In this document: piece by piece, positions 30,031 to 39,298 of the stretch | Layout of the letters: each line of letters opens with the position of its first letter | Numbering within the stretch: the stretch's first letter is position 1 | NCBI GenBank assembly: GCA_041743795.1 | Contig: JBGTMF010000512.1 | Span: 1-48,729, forward strand | DNA: 48,729 bases | Source: Thermodesulfobacteriota bacterium | GTDB taxonomy: Bacteria; Desulfobacterota; Binatia; HRBIN30; CADEER01 | Direction: 5' to 3' | The notes under the pieces: generated by a model | Seen by the model: only the letters and a program-made list of their open reading frames with translations | Told to the model about the DNA's origin: nothing | Databases searched by the model: none | Program-made: the position numbers and the translations under genes

Positions 30031-31879
30031 CGATCGAACCCCCGTTGAGCGAGCGAACGACGGCAACGGTGCGGAACATTCCCATCTCCATGTGGTAAAG
30101 GAGGTGGCAGTGAAAGGCCCACTGTCCCGGAGCATCGGCAGTGATGTCGACCGTCAGCAACTCGGCCGGTTGGACCACGACTGTGTGCTTGCGCGGATTG
30201 TCGGCGTAGTCGTGGCCGGCGTAGAGGTCCATCCACATGCCGTGCAGATGGATCGGGTGCGACATCATCGTGTCGTTGATCATGTTGATGCGCAGACGCT
30301 CGCCGTACTGAAAGCGGATCATCTCGGACTCCGACCACTTCTTGCCGTCGAAACCCCAGATGTACCGGTGCATGTTGCCCGTCAGGTGCAAATCGAACTG
30401 GCGCGTCGGAGGACGGCGATCGGGCGGCGTTTGCAGGCAGCGCAGTTGGCCATAGGTGAGCACGCGCCAGCCGTCGTCGCCCAGCCCGACTCCGGGGTCG
30501 TCGAGCCGGCGGTATGCGGCCACCGCCATCGTGATGCTGCCCGGTCCGTGCTTATCGGGGCCGTGCTTGATGCGATCCGGAAGATTCTCGGTGGGCAACT
30601 GGACATCGTGTCGCGGAGCGAGTCCCGGCGAATGCGACGGCCCGCTGCCGTGCACGGCGTGCTTCATGGGAGCTTCGTGACCCGCATGATCGACCTTCAT
30701 CGAGTCCTTTCCGTGGCCACTCATTCCGTTGCTGTGAACCATTCCCATGTCGGCCATGCTGAGCATCGGTCGTTGCCGTCGTTGGGGAATCTCGGCGGTC
30801 ATTCCCGGGCGCGGGGCGATCGTGCCGCGCGCGTAGCCGCTGCGGTCCATCGACTCGGCAAACAGCGTGTAGGCATTGTCGTCTGGTAGGGTGACGATCA
30901 CATCGTACGTTTCGGCAACACCGATGCGCAGCTCGTCCGTTTCTACCGGCTTGACGTTCTGCCCGTCGGCCTGGACGACCGTCATCGGCAAGCCGGGAAT
31001 ACGAACGTCGTAGAACGCCGTCGCCGAGGCGTTGACGATACGCAGGCGCACGCGCTGGCCAGGCTGAGCGATCGCTGTCCAGTTCTCGTGCGGCGCGTGG
31101 CCGTTCATCAAGTAGGTGTACGTAGCGCCGGTGACGTCGGAGAGATCGGTCGGATCCATCCGCATCCACTGCCAGCGCAGCCGCATGGCGATTACCTCGG
31201 CCAGGCTCTTGCCCGTCGCAGCCATCTGGTTGTCGAGATTGACGACAGTCGGGCGCTGGAAGTTGTAATAGCCGTCCATGGTCTTGAGGTTCCGCATCAC
31301 CGCGTGCGGATCCTCGAAGGTCCAGTCGGAAAGCACGACCGAGTGCTCGACGTCGTACTCGACAGGGTCGGGGTCCGCCGGCGCGATGACGAGCTGTCCA
31401 TAGTGGCCAAGCTGCTCCTGGATGCCGGAGTGGCTGTGGTACCAATAAGTGCCGTTCTGTCGGACGGGGTACTGATAGGTGAACGTCGCTCCCGGAGCGA
31501 TGCCGTCGAAGCTGAGGCCCGGAACCCCGTCCATCGTGAACGGCAACAGAATCCCGTGCCAATGGATCGACGTCGACTCGGACATGCGGTTGTGGACGCG
31601 AATCAAGACGTCCTCTCCTTCCCGCATCCGGATCACAGGTCCGGGAAACGATCCATTGATGGTGATCGCCCCTCCCTCCCTGCCGCCGACCAGGACAGGC
31701 CGCCGCTCGAGAATCAGGTCGATGCCGCCCGGAAGACTCGCATCGATCTCGGTCACACGGCCGGCCCGCGGCAGCGCCGCCGCCAACGACGGCGCTGCCA
31801 TCCATGCGTATGTGGAGATCGCCGCGCTCGCGGTTCGACCGAGAAAGTTCCGACGCGTCAAACGGCGATCAATATCCAT
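30017..31879 (-). CDS. copA: CopA-family multicopper oxidase (Tat-exported)
   Basis: TRRNFL Tat motif; HWHG, WYHSH, HPIHLHG, HCHLLYHM; His/Met-rich insert. Confidence 0.95.
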   Translation of the reverse strand: MDIDRRLTRRNFLGRTASAAISTYAWMAAPSLAAALPRAGRVTEIDASLPGGIDLILERRPVLVGGREGGAITINGSFPGPVIRMREGEDVLIRVHNRMSESTSIHWHGILLPFTMDGVPGLSFDGIAPGATFTYQYPVRQNGTYWYHSHSGIQEQLGHYGQLVIAPADPDPVEYDVEHSVVLSDWTFEDPHAVMRNLKTMDGYYNFQRPTVVNLDNQMAATGKSLAEVIAMRLRWQWMRMDPTDLSDVTGATYTYLMNGHAPHENWTAIAQPGQRVRLRIVNASATAFYDVRIPGLPMTVVQADGQNVKPVETDELRIGVAETYDVIVTLPDDNAYTLFAESMDRSGYARGTIAPRPGMTAEIPQRRQRPMLSMADMGMVHSNGMSGHGKDSMKVDHAGHEAPMKHAVHGSGPSHSPGLAPRHDVQLPTENLPDRIKHGPDKHGPGSITMAVAAYRRLDDPGVGLGDDGWRVLTYGQLRCLQTPPDRRPPTRQFDLHLTGNMHRYIWGFDGKKWSESEMIRFQYGERLRINMINDTMMSHPIHLHGMWMDLYAGHDYADNPRKHTVVVQPAELLTVDITADAPGQWAFHCHLLYHMEMGMFRTVAVVRSLNGGSIDADA

Positions 31880-31918
31880 GGCGAAGCCCCCCTGAAATTT
31901 CAGATCAACCCCGCGCGC

Positions 31919-31933
31919 GCAATATGCGTGCCG
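31919..31933 (-). promoter_or_regulatory. putative sigma-54 promoter for copAB
   Basis: Minus strand CGGCACGCATATTGC (GG-N10-GC) ~40 bp upstream of ATG 31879. Confidence 0.55.
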
Positions 31934-32263
31934 GAAAGCACCGAGCAAGAACGAGGGTGGAATCGCGCTGGCGAACTATGTCGATTCGCTCTCATCGGAC
32001 GGATTGGCTGTAAAGTTTCCCAAGCCCCGCCGGTAACGTTCAGCGTGCCTACATTGCAGGCTGTGTGGACGCGCGCGGCTGGGCGGACTTTGCAGCGGAC
32101 CCGGCCTCCCCTTTGCGGCTTGGCGGCTTTGCGCTTGGCGTTGAAAATTGTTGATCGAGGCACTGACCTTCGCGGGTTAGAGTTCGCGTGGGCGCTGTGC
32201 CACCAGCGCATGACGATTGGGACACGGAGCGAGCCGATCCGGAAGAACTGAGAGGTGCGGCAG

Positions 32264-33955
32264 TTACTTCGCATCGCCCGCTGATTCGGATGACTCGCTC
32301 CGCACGCCGACGATGCTCGTGATCGCGTCGGCGACGTTCTCGGCGAGGATGCGGTTGCCAAGCGGGGTCAGATGTCCGAAGTCGCCCGCGAACAAGTCGG
32401 TGAAGATCTCCGTTGCCGGGCGGCCGAGCAGCGCGCGCTTAAAGGCTTTCTCGTTGTCGACGAACACGACGTCGGTAGGCCACTCCAGCAGGCGTTTGAG
32501 GGGTTCAACTCGGCGCATAGGGTACTGAACTGCGACGAGCGGGATGCCGCGCGCGCGCAGCAGTGTCAGGATCTCGCGGTAGTTCTTGCGCGTCACCGGG
32601 TTGTCCACGACTTCGAGAAAGTCCTCGATCTCCTGGTGGTACGACTCGGCACCTTCTCGATCGCCGGCCTGCCACTTCAGGACCGCCAGTTGGCCGACGG
32701 CGCTGAGGCGGAGGCTGGCCCTTTGCGGATCGAACGTTGCCGCCATCTCCTCGAGATCGCGGGTCGCCTGTTCGATCTCCCCGCTCACGACATCCTGCGA
32801 AGCGGCTTGCAGCCGCAAGGCGACGAAGGCGGCCGCCATCTCCTTCGCCGGTTTGAAGAACCAGCGCCGCGGGTCCTGCGCACCGACATCGGGTTCTGCG
32901 CCGGCTTTCGCGTCGACGAGAGTCGAAAGGAGAGGCGTATGAGTCGCCGGTGTTGCAGCGAGAACTCTTGCAAGCTGCGGGTCGACGTCGATTGCCTGCT
33001 TGTATCGGGTTCGCGCATCCTCCGGCATTTGTGCTGCCAGCAACGCGCCGCCTTCGATGATCATGGCGACCACGTTCTCGGGGTCGGCGCTGGTCGCCTG
33101 GCGGGCCAGGTCCAGGAAGGTGTGGGTTTGTTTCAGGCGCATGGCCAGGAGGGCGCGTGCAGCGAGGGCGTTGGCGTCCTTTGGAAATTGCGCCAGAGCG
33201 GCATCGAGCGGTGCGTTGGCTAAGTCAAGGGCCTCGATCGTGCGAGCGAGGACGGCCGCCGGTTCAATCGCCAGGACCTTGTCGTAGAGCTGCCTCGACC
33301 TCTGCGATTCGCCGAGGCGAGCCTGCGCTTCCGCTAGGATCAGCCAGGGCCGTGGGTCCGCCGGCCTGAGCTGCGCAGCGCGATCGGCGAGACTGGCCGC
33401 GACCTCGGGCGAGGCGCGGATGACGAAGCCAGCGCGCTCCACCAGTCGATCGGGCGCACCTTCCCCGTCCTCGTTGCGCCAGGTGTGGTAGAGCATCTTC
33501 ACCAACTTCCAGACACGAAGCCGGCCACCGACCTGGAATCCCGGGTCGATCAGATGACCGTCGTTGATCCCCATCATGGTTACCACGATGTGCGGGTTCA
33601 GCTTGTCGAGGTGCTCCGACAGCCTGGCGAGGATGACGTCACTGGTGGTGGCGATCACGCCGCCGTTGATGACTCTGAAAGCCGCCTCGCCCGCCGCCCG
33701 TGCGTTGAGGATTCCTTCGAGTTGGTTCGGGTACGCCTCGTTGCCCCGACCGAGACCGGCGGTGGTCGATTCGCCGAGACAGAGTATCCTATAGGTGTCG
33801 TCGCGCTCGAGCGTTACGTGGCTGACGGCTTCCTGATGGGATTGATAAATCCTTCCGACGGCCCGCAGAGCGAATTCCACGAACGCGAGCGCCGCAACGC
33901 ATCCCAACAGAACCAGCGCACCTCGCCCAACCCATTCTCTCAGTCGACTCGGCAT
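32264..33955 (-). CDS. membrane-anchored SGNH-hydrolase-like protein with inserted TPR repeats
   Basis: N-terminal TM, CLGESTT, MMGIND, central helical TPR-like repeats, DFGHLTPLGN. Confidence 0.75.
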   Translation of the reverse strand: MPSRLREWVGRGALVLLGCVAALAFVEFALRAVGRIYQSHQEAVSHVTLERDDTYRILCLGESTTAGLGRGNEAYPNQLEGILNARAAGEAAFRVINGGVIATTSDVILARLSEHLDKLNPHIVVTMMGINDGHLIDPGFQVGGRLRVWKLVKMLYHTWRNEDGEGAPDRLVERAGFVIRASPEVAASLADRAAQLRPADPRPWLILAEAQARLGESQRSRQLYDKVLAIEPAAVLARTIEALDLANAPLDAALAQFPKDANALAARALLAMRLKQTHTFLDLARQATSADPENVVAMIIEGGALLAAQMPEDARTRYKQAIDVDPQLARVLAATPATHTPLLSTLVDAKAGAEPDVGAQDPRRWFFKPAKEMAAAFVALRLQAASQDVVSGEIEQATRDLEEMAATFDPQRASLRLSAVGQLAVLKWQAGDREGAESYHQEIEDFLEVVDNPVTRKNYREILTLLRARGIPLVAVQYPMRRVEPLKRLLEWPTDVVFVDNEKAFKRALLGRPATEIFTDLFAGDFGHLTPLGNRILAENVADAITSIVGVRSESSESAGDAK

Positions 33956-34181
33956 CGGCGCGTCAACCTGCCGGAAACCGAGGACTGCAGCCCCAAGAAG
34001 TACTACGATGGCTAGCGTTATCGGGAGGTAGTGAAATACAAACTCCTCGACGACTGAACCGCCGCTCCCGACGCCTCACCCCGTTCGTCGCAACGTTCAC
34101 CCCACCCCCCGAGATCGTTCGGGTCGTTTCTGCGTCCCCCTGGCGTTCCGCCGACCAGATCGCTGCGCTCATCCTCGGCTC

Positions 34182-34517
34182 TCAACCCGCCCGCCGGATC
34201 CAGCCGAGTAGTGCGGCGCGCATGGCCTGGTGCAGGTTCATGTTCTTGCCGCGAGCCTTGCGTTCCAACTCGGTCCAGATTTCCTCCGGCAGCCGAACCG
34301 ATCGCGCCACGGTGGTGCGGCGCTTGCCCTTGCCAGGGTGACCGCGCCGCAGCAACACCGCATCGTTCGCCAGCTGCGGCATCGCCCAGAGAGCCAGCAG
34401 GGAGGGACCGCCCGTTTCCCCCGAGCCGGCGAAGGCGTTGCGCCGCACCGGCCCAAACCGTGAAAAGTCGACTTCGCCGTCGAGCGGGTCAATCGTTTTC
34501 GTAGCGCGTTTTCTCAT
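34182..34517 (-). CDS. putative antitoxin (BrnA-like position, RHH-type C-terminus)
   Basis: Overlaps brnT 3' end; EVDFS motif; RSVRLPEEIWTEL...A....MNLHQAMR.AL RHH pattern. Confidence 0.65.
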   Translation of the reverse strand: MRKRATKTIDPLDGEVDFSRFGPVRRNAFAGSGETGGPSLLALWAMPQLANDAVLLRRGHPGKGKRRTTVARSVRLPEEIWTELERKARGKNMNLHQAMRAALLGWIRRAG

Positions 34518-34755
34518 GTCTGGTCGCCTTTCGTGCGCTGATGATCCGGATCGCCTCCGGCGTCACCTCCGCGTGCACGACGTAGAGCAGTCGCTGTCGA
34601 CGCGAATACCCAATCAGAATGAATCGATCCTCGTGCACACTGTCGGGGTAATAAGCGCCCAGCTCGTCCTCGAAGGCGGAGGATGCTTCATCGAACGACA
34701 CTCCGTGCTTCTTGAGATTGGCTGCCGCCTTTCGCGAATCCCACAGGAAGCGCAT
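34489..34755 (-). CDS. brnT: BrnT-family toxin
   Basis: F.WDSRKAAANLKKHGVSFDEA, EDRF..IG, IRIISARKAT. Confidence 0.92.
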   Translation of the reverse strand: MRFLWDSRKAAANLKKHGVSFDEASSAFEDELGAYYPDSVHEDRFILIGYSRRQRLLYVVHAEVTPEAIRIISARKATRHEKTRYEND

Positions 34756-34837
34756 GAATCTTATGTATGACAATAGATCCCGCGATTCAATGCGCGCGGC
34801 GTCCAACCTTGATCCCCGGGGCGGGCCCGGCGGCGGA

Positions 34838-36598
34838 TTACTTCGGCGCGGCGTGCGTGGCGATGCCGAGGGAGGCCGGTTGGCCGTGCTCGAGCGGGTG
34901 CAGATACGAGCCGCACTCGGCGGCGGGTTTCTCCTCGTCGACGGCGATCGGATGCGCGAGCGCGTAAACGTCCCTGCGCACGCCGGTGACTAGCCAGGAG
35001 ACCTTCTGGCCGGGATCACCGCCGGCAATGCGAAAGGTGTTGTCCGCGATCTCATCGGCGACGTAAACCGGCGCGAAGCGACCTATGCAGGTGAGCTGGT
35101 AGCGGAAATCGCCGTTGAGCGCTTCGAACCACTCCGGCAACTCGACCACCGCCTCGCCGTCGTCGTCGAGAACCGCGACTCCGTCGTAAATGTTCTTCAT
35201 GTCCGGGCTCTCTACAAAGGAGTGGGACAGGTACCGGTTGGCAGGATCGAGGGGATGGTCGATCTTGAAACTTCCCGCGCCTTTGATGAGCTGGCCGGAT
35301 ACAAGCAAGTTGCCGTTCACGGTCGTCGTGCCCACTGTCGAGGCGTTGACCTCTGACACCCGAAAAAGTTGGTTGCCCTCGCCGTTGTAGATAGTGAAAA
35401 ACGATGTTGAGTTCGTGTTGCCGTTTTGTCCGAGGCGCACGCGGACGTCGTCCTGCGGCTTCAATTCGAGATCACCACTAGGCTGCCCAGGCTCGGACGC
35501 AATGATGCCGTCGAAGTTGGTCCCGCTGCCGCCGAGCACCAGGTCCGGCAAGGAATTCGTTCCCGACGAGGCCATGAGGGCGATGTAATTGAAACTAGAA
35601 AAAAAACCACCCAAACCATTTACTGACGTACTGTGCACGCCACTGGCGTCAACCGAACTGGCTTGGACACCACGGCCCTGCTGACTCTGAGCCCGCACGC
35701 CCGTTTCGCTTATACTACGTCCGTACACACCATCGTTGGTTTGACTGAACCCGATCACGCCCTCGCGAGCGCTGCTCTCACCGAACACACCGAACCCAGT
35801 CGCCGAGGTAGCGATTATTTTCAGACCGGTACTGCCAGTCCACGTTTCCCCCAGGTGATTGTGATCACTGCGCGATACCGACACATTCTGGCCGCTGCCG
35901 GCGAAGTTCACGCTCAACGCCACCGCTCCCGCGCTGCCGCCGCCGGCGAGCCCAGCCCCGGCCGTCACCGCGGTGATGTCCCCCCCAGCGGGTATGCAGA
36001 TGACCGTGCCGTCGTTGGCGATCGCCGACATTGCCATGCTGGCCGAGCAGATCCCGCTCACCCGCCGCTGAATCGAGTTGACGTCGACATCGTCGACCAC
36101 GATGGAGCCGTTCTTGATGTCTACGCTTTCGATGCTGCCGTCGCTGATCTTGTCGGAATTGACGGCATTACTCTGCAGTTGCGCGGCGCCGACTGCGCTC
36201 GTCGCGATCGTGTCGGCGAAGTAGGCGTAGGGCGCCGCTGTGAGCGCTTGGCGCGGCTGTAGAACGGTTAGCCCGTCGCCGCAGTTGACGCTGATCTCCA
36301 GCCAGCGGTTGCCACTTCCCAGCGCGCCGCCGCCGAAGTCGAGCGTCGTCGTGAAGACGCCGCCGGTGACCATCACCGATTGTGGGCCGACCGTGCCGGC
36401 GAGGTTACCGCCGACGGCTTGGTCATAGAGCTTGAAGAGCATGCTGCAGGTGTTGGTCACTGGACTACCGCTGAGCTGAAGCTGGCCCTGGTAGGTAAAC
36501 GCCGCCTCACCCTGCGCCACGCGCGGAACTGCCGCCAATATCAGTTGTGCTCCCAACCCGGCGGCCGCCATGGACGACCGCATCGATCGATGACCCAT
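34838..36598 (-). CDS. secreted tail-fibre-like/adhesin protein
   Basis: Signal peptide, FTYQGQL...RWLEI...PRQAL.AAPYA N-domain, GDITAVTAG.GL.GG, GV.G.S repeats, C-terminal FKIDHPLDPANRYLSHSFVESPDMKNIYDG domain. Confidence 0.75.
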   Translation of the reverse strand: MGHRSMRSSMAAAGLGAQLILAAVPRVAQGEAAFTYQGQLQLSGSPVTNTCSMLFKLYDQAVGGNLAGTVGPQSVMVTGGVFTTTLDFGGGALGSGNRWLEISVNCGDGLTVLQPRQALTAAPYAYFADTIATSAVGAAQLQSNAVNSDKISDGSIESVDIKNGSIVVDDVDVNSIQRRVSGICSASMAMSAIANDGTVICIPAGGDITAVTAGAGLAGGGSAGAVALSVNFAGSGQNVSVSRSDHNHLGETWTGSTGLKIIATSATGFGVFGESSAREGVIGFSQTNDGVYGRSISETGVRAQSQQGRGVQASSVDASGVHSTSVNGLGGFFSSFNYIALMASSGTNSLPDLVLGGSGTNFDGIIASEPGQPSGDLELKPQDDVRVRLGQNGNTNSTSFFTIYNGEGNQLFRVSEVNASTVGTTTVNGNLLVSGQLIKGAGSFKIDHPLDPANRYLSHSFVESPDMKNIYDGVAVLDDDGEAVVELPEWFEALNGDFRYQLTCIGRFAPVYVADEIADNTFRIAGGDPGQKVSWLVTGVRRDVYALAHPIAVDEEKPAAECGSYLHPLEHGQPASLGIATHAAPK

Positions 36599-36649
36599 TA
36601 TCGCTCCTCCAAGACTGCTTCGCTGTCCCGCCGCGCTCCGATCACCCGC

Positions 36650-36799
36650 TTACGATCCTGTCGTCGGCAACGCGGTCCCCATCTCGACCACGGCGCATCC
36701 ATCGAGCGCGTTGCCCACGGCGATGATGATCAGCTCGATACTCACGAATTCGTTACCGTTGCAGTCGCCAGCGCACCCCGGCCCGGGGTGTCGGTTCAC
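36650..36799 (-). pseudogene. collapsed dockerin-like (CxGDC) domain remnant
   Basis: CAGDCNGNEFVSIELIIIAVGNALDGC = start of repeat 1 joined to end of repeat 2 of the domain seen intact at 38343-38621. Confidence 0.5.
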
Positions 36800-37077
36800 A
36801 GGTCGTGATTGGGCGGATAGTCCGTAGGGCTAGGTAATCGTTGCCAGCAACCGCAAGGGGGCCGGTGCAATCGGGCTTGCCTTGGCGAAGGGTGGGCAAG
36901 CCATAATGTCCAACTCGAACGTGCGCCGCAGCAAATTCGCCCCCGCATGGTGGCGCGCGGACGTAGCTACCCCGCGAACTTAGGCGGGGGCCGCGGCGGC
37001 AACGCACCGCCGGCCGTTCGCGGGGGCTCCTCGCTCTCCCCTCCTGCGGCTTTCTCCAGGAGACCTTCCCCGGATGG

Positions 37078-37866
37078 CTAGATCGGCCGCGCGCCGAGAG
37101 GCTGACCGCGGCGCAGGTAGACAAGCGCGACCAATGCAAGGGTGCCGACAAGGATCCCGAGCCCTATGTTTCCGACCGCGGGAGCTCCGACCGACGGCTG
37201 CGGCGCTGCGGCGAGGATCGTGGTTTGCCAGTTGTCGATGCCGGCGGCGAGGGTGTACCCGCCGCCATTCAAACCGGTACCGTTCGCCCGGAAGAATCCG
37301 AATTGGATGGGCGCGCCGGCGGCGGAAAAATTCGGATGCTGACTATTGTCGAAGATCGTGGTCTGCGTCACGTTCACCAAGCCGAAATCCGCCGCAGTTA
37401 AGGCATTCAGCGTATGCGGCAACCAAGCGAGGCCCGGCCCGGTGATGACCGAGCTGCTGCTCAGGATGTAGAAATTCCCACCCTGTGCCAGCGCGGGCCC
37501 GGTGGACTGCCCATCACCGAAGCAACCCGACGTGCACGCCGCATCCTCGGCATAGTCGAGCGACCCGATCGCCCCGCTCACGGCCGGGTCATAGGTGAAT
37601 GGCGCATAGATGTGGGTGCTGAGGACGATGGTCTCGCCTCCCGCGGGCGCTGCATTCAATTGATTGGTCACGTTGCGATACGGCCCGGGATTGCCGCCAG
37701 CTAGGACCTGGGCACCCGTGCTGGTGCCGCCATTGCCTGCCACGAACTGAGTGCCGGTCCAATTCGCGTCGAGGAACGTGCTGTCGGAGACCGTTTGCGC
37801 CGCTACGCACGTTGGCAGCAAGGCCAGGACAACCCAAAGTACGTAAGGTCCGCGAGTTAATTTCAT
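37078..37866 (-). CDS. secreted protein with C-terminal TM sorting-like signal
   Basis: Signal peptide, AGGNPG..., GIDNW, tail APAVG-hydrophobic-LRR; AGGAG RBS. Confidence 0.8.
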   Translation of the reverse strand: MKLTRGPYVLWVVLALLPTCVAAQTVSDSTFLDANWTGTQFVAGNGGTSTGAQVLAGGNPGPYRNVTNQLNAAPAGGETIVLSTHIYAPFTYDPAVSGAIGSLDYAEDAACTSGCFGDGQSTGPALAQGGNFYILSSSSVITGPGLAWLPHTLNALTAADFGLVNVTQTTIFDNSQHPNFSAAGAPIQFGFFRANGTGLNGGGYTLAAGIDNWQTTILAAAPQPSVGAPAVGNIGLGILVGTLALVALVYLRRGQPLGARPI

Positions 37867-38342
37867 GGAAGACTCCTGTTGCGGAAACGCTTAAAGACCA
37901 AGTCCACTGGGCGTGCGGTGAAACGGAAACGAAATGTCTCGAAGTAGTAGTTCGAGCCTATGCAGGTTGTCAACGACAGTCTCGGCGAATGTCCGGCAGT
38001 GATTGCCACCGGATGCATTCCGCATCTGCGCCCAACGGCGCAGGGAGATTCGACAGAAAGTGATCGCCGAGGACCCGGGTTTGACGATCACCTAGTGACC
38101 TGGGGGACGTGGGAAAGGGGGACGTGGTCCGATACTCCGATTCTCGACCCCAGCTCTATAGATAGCGCCTCAGCCTAGGCGGATAGTCCGGACAAGTGGG
38201 AGATTTGACGCAACTGGCGAGTATCGGACGTAGGATATCCGCCTGCGAGGGACGAAACGACGAGCGGCGGTGATGACAACGACCGAGAAAGCGGCGACAC
38301 GGGCTGTATGCGAACCTTGTGTTCCCCTCCATGTCTGGGTAA

Positions 38343-38621
38343 GTGCGAACTAAACGACGCGTTGGGTTTCGTGCGGCCGCGATTGCAGTCGTGGCCTTGT
38401 CGTTCGTGGCTTTCAGTTCGCCGTCGCAGGCGCAGTCCTGTCCCGGCGACTGTGCAGGGAGTGGGTCGGTCTCGATCCCTGGGTTGATCATCGGCATCAA
38501 CATCGCCCTTGGCGAGGACCCGCTCAGCAGGTGCCCGAGCTTCGACATCAATGGCGACGGCCGCGTGCGGATCAACGAGGTGATCGCCGCGGTCAGGGCG
38601 GCGCTGAACGGCTGCCCCTGA
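38343..38621 (+). CDS. small secreted stand-alone dockerin-like (EF-hand) protein
   Basis: Signal peptide (SQA-Q) then CPGDCAGSGSVSIPGLIIGINIALG...CPSFDINGDGRVRINEVIAAVRAALNGCP. Confidence 0.7.
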   Translation: MRTKRRVGFRAAAIAVVALSFVAFSSPSQAQSCPGDCAGSGSVSIPGLIIGINIALGEDPLSRCPSFDINGDGRVRINEVIAAVRAALNGCP

Positions 38622-38694
38622 GACTTGCTTTTCGCGTCCCGTAAGGGGTTTGACGCGGAGGGGAAGCTATGGCTCGCCCTCGCGATGGCTTAGA

Positions 38695-39279
38695 CTACGA
38701 CGTCCATCGACGGCGCAGGAGGGTCACGCCCGCGAAGCCCAGCAGCAAGGCGAGAAGCAGTTCCCCGTAGTGCGACACCGCCGGCGCAGCGGCGGTAGAA
38801 GTCGCCATGCACACGCCTGGCGAAACCGGATTGTCGCAGGACTCCCCCTGCGGGCAGCTGGGGTCCACGCAGCACGTATCGTCGACACAGTTACCTGACA
38901 TGCAGTTTGCCCCAGCTTCGCATCGCGAACCGTCGGGAAGCGGGGTGTTGGTCGGAGTCACCGTCGGTGTCGGGGTCGAAGTCGGCGTGGGAGTGAAGGT
39001 CGCGCAGTTGGCCTGGCAATTGCCGTCGTTGGTACAGCTCAAGAGTGCCGAGCCCTCAGCGCACAGGTCGACCTCAGCGCTCAGACACGAGGGGGCGTTG
39101 TCGCAAATAGCCTGGCAGATCTCCTCGCTCGTTTCTTCGCTCGCGATGCAATTCGTACCGGCCGCGAACGTCCTCAAACAGCACCCCGGCAGAGCCAGCG
39201 CCGTCTGCGGCGTCAGGAAGATCGCACCCCTGGCCACCAGCACGGCGGCCAAACACAAGGCCCTCGAGAGTTCGCGCAT
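38695..39279 (-). CDS. secreted Cys-rich protein with PT linker and C-terminal TM sorting-like signal
   Basis: Signal peptide, Cys-rich domain, TPTPTSTPTPT, C.SGNCVD..CC, tail APAVS-hydrophobic-RRR. Confidence 0.8.
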   Translation of the reverse strand: MRELSRALCLAAVLVARGAIFLTPQTALALPGCCLRTFAAGTNCIASEETSEEICQAICDNAPSCLSAEVDLCAEGSALLSCTNDGNCQANCATFTPTPTSTPTPTVTPTNTPLPDGSRCEAGANCMSGNCVDDTCCVDPSCPQGESCDNPVSPGVCMATSTAAAPAVSHYGELLLALLLGFAGVTLLRRRWTS

Positions 39280-39298
39280 GGAGACGCGTTTCCCACTC

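Noticed and set aside
32110-32145. CTTTGCGGCTTGGCGGCTTTGCGCTTGGCG short iterated motif
   Set aside because: Possibly a degenerate interspersed repeat, but single occurrence and low complexity.
4806-33223. Many long antisense or alternate-frame ORFs (e.g. 4806-5903, 8424-9479, 27805-28890, 30552-31805, 31088-32251)
   Set aside because: They overlap well-supported genes and are typical shadow ORFs of high-GC DNA with no motifs.
34838-36598. Prophage
   Set aside because: The fibre-like gene has a signal peptide, and no capsid, terminase, portal or integrase genes are present.
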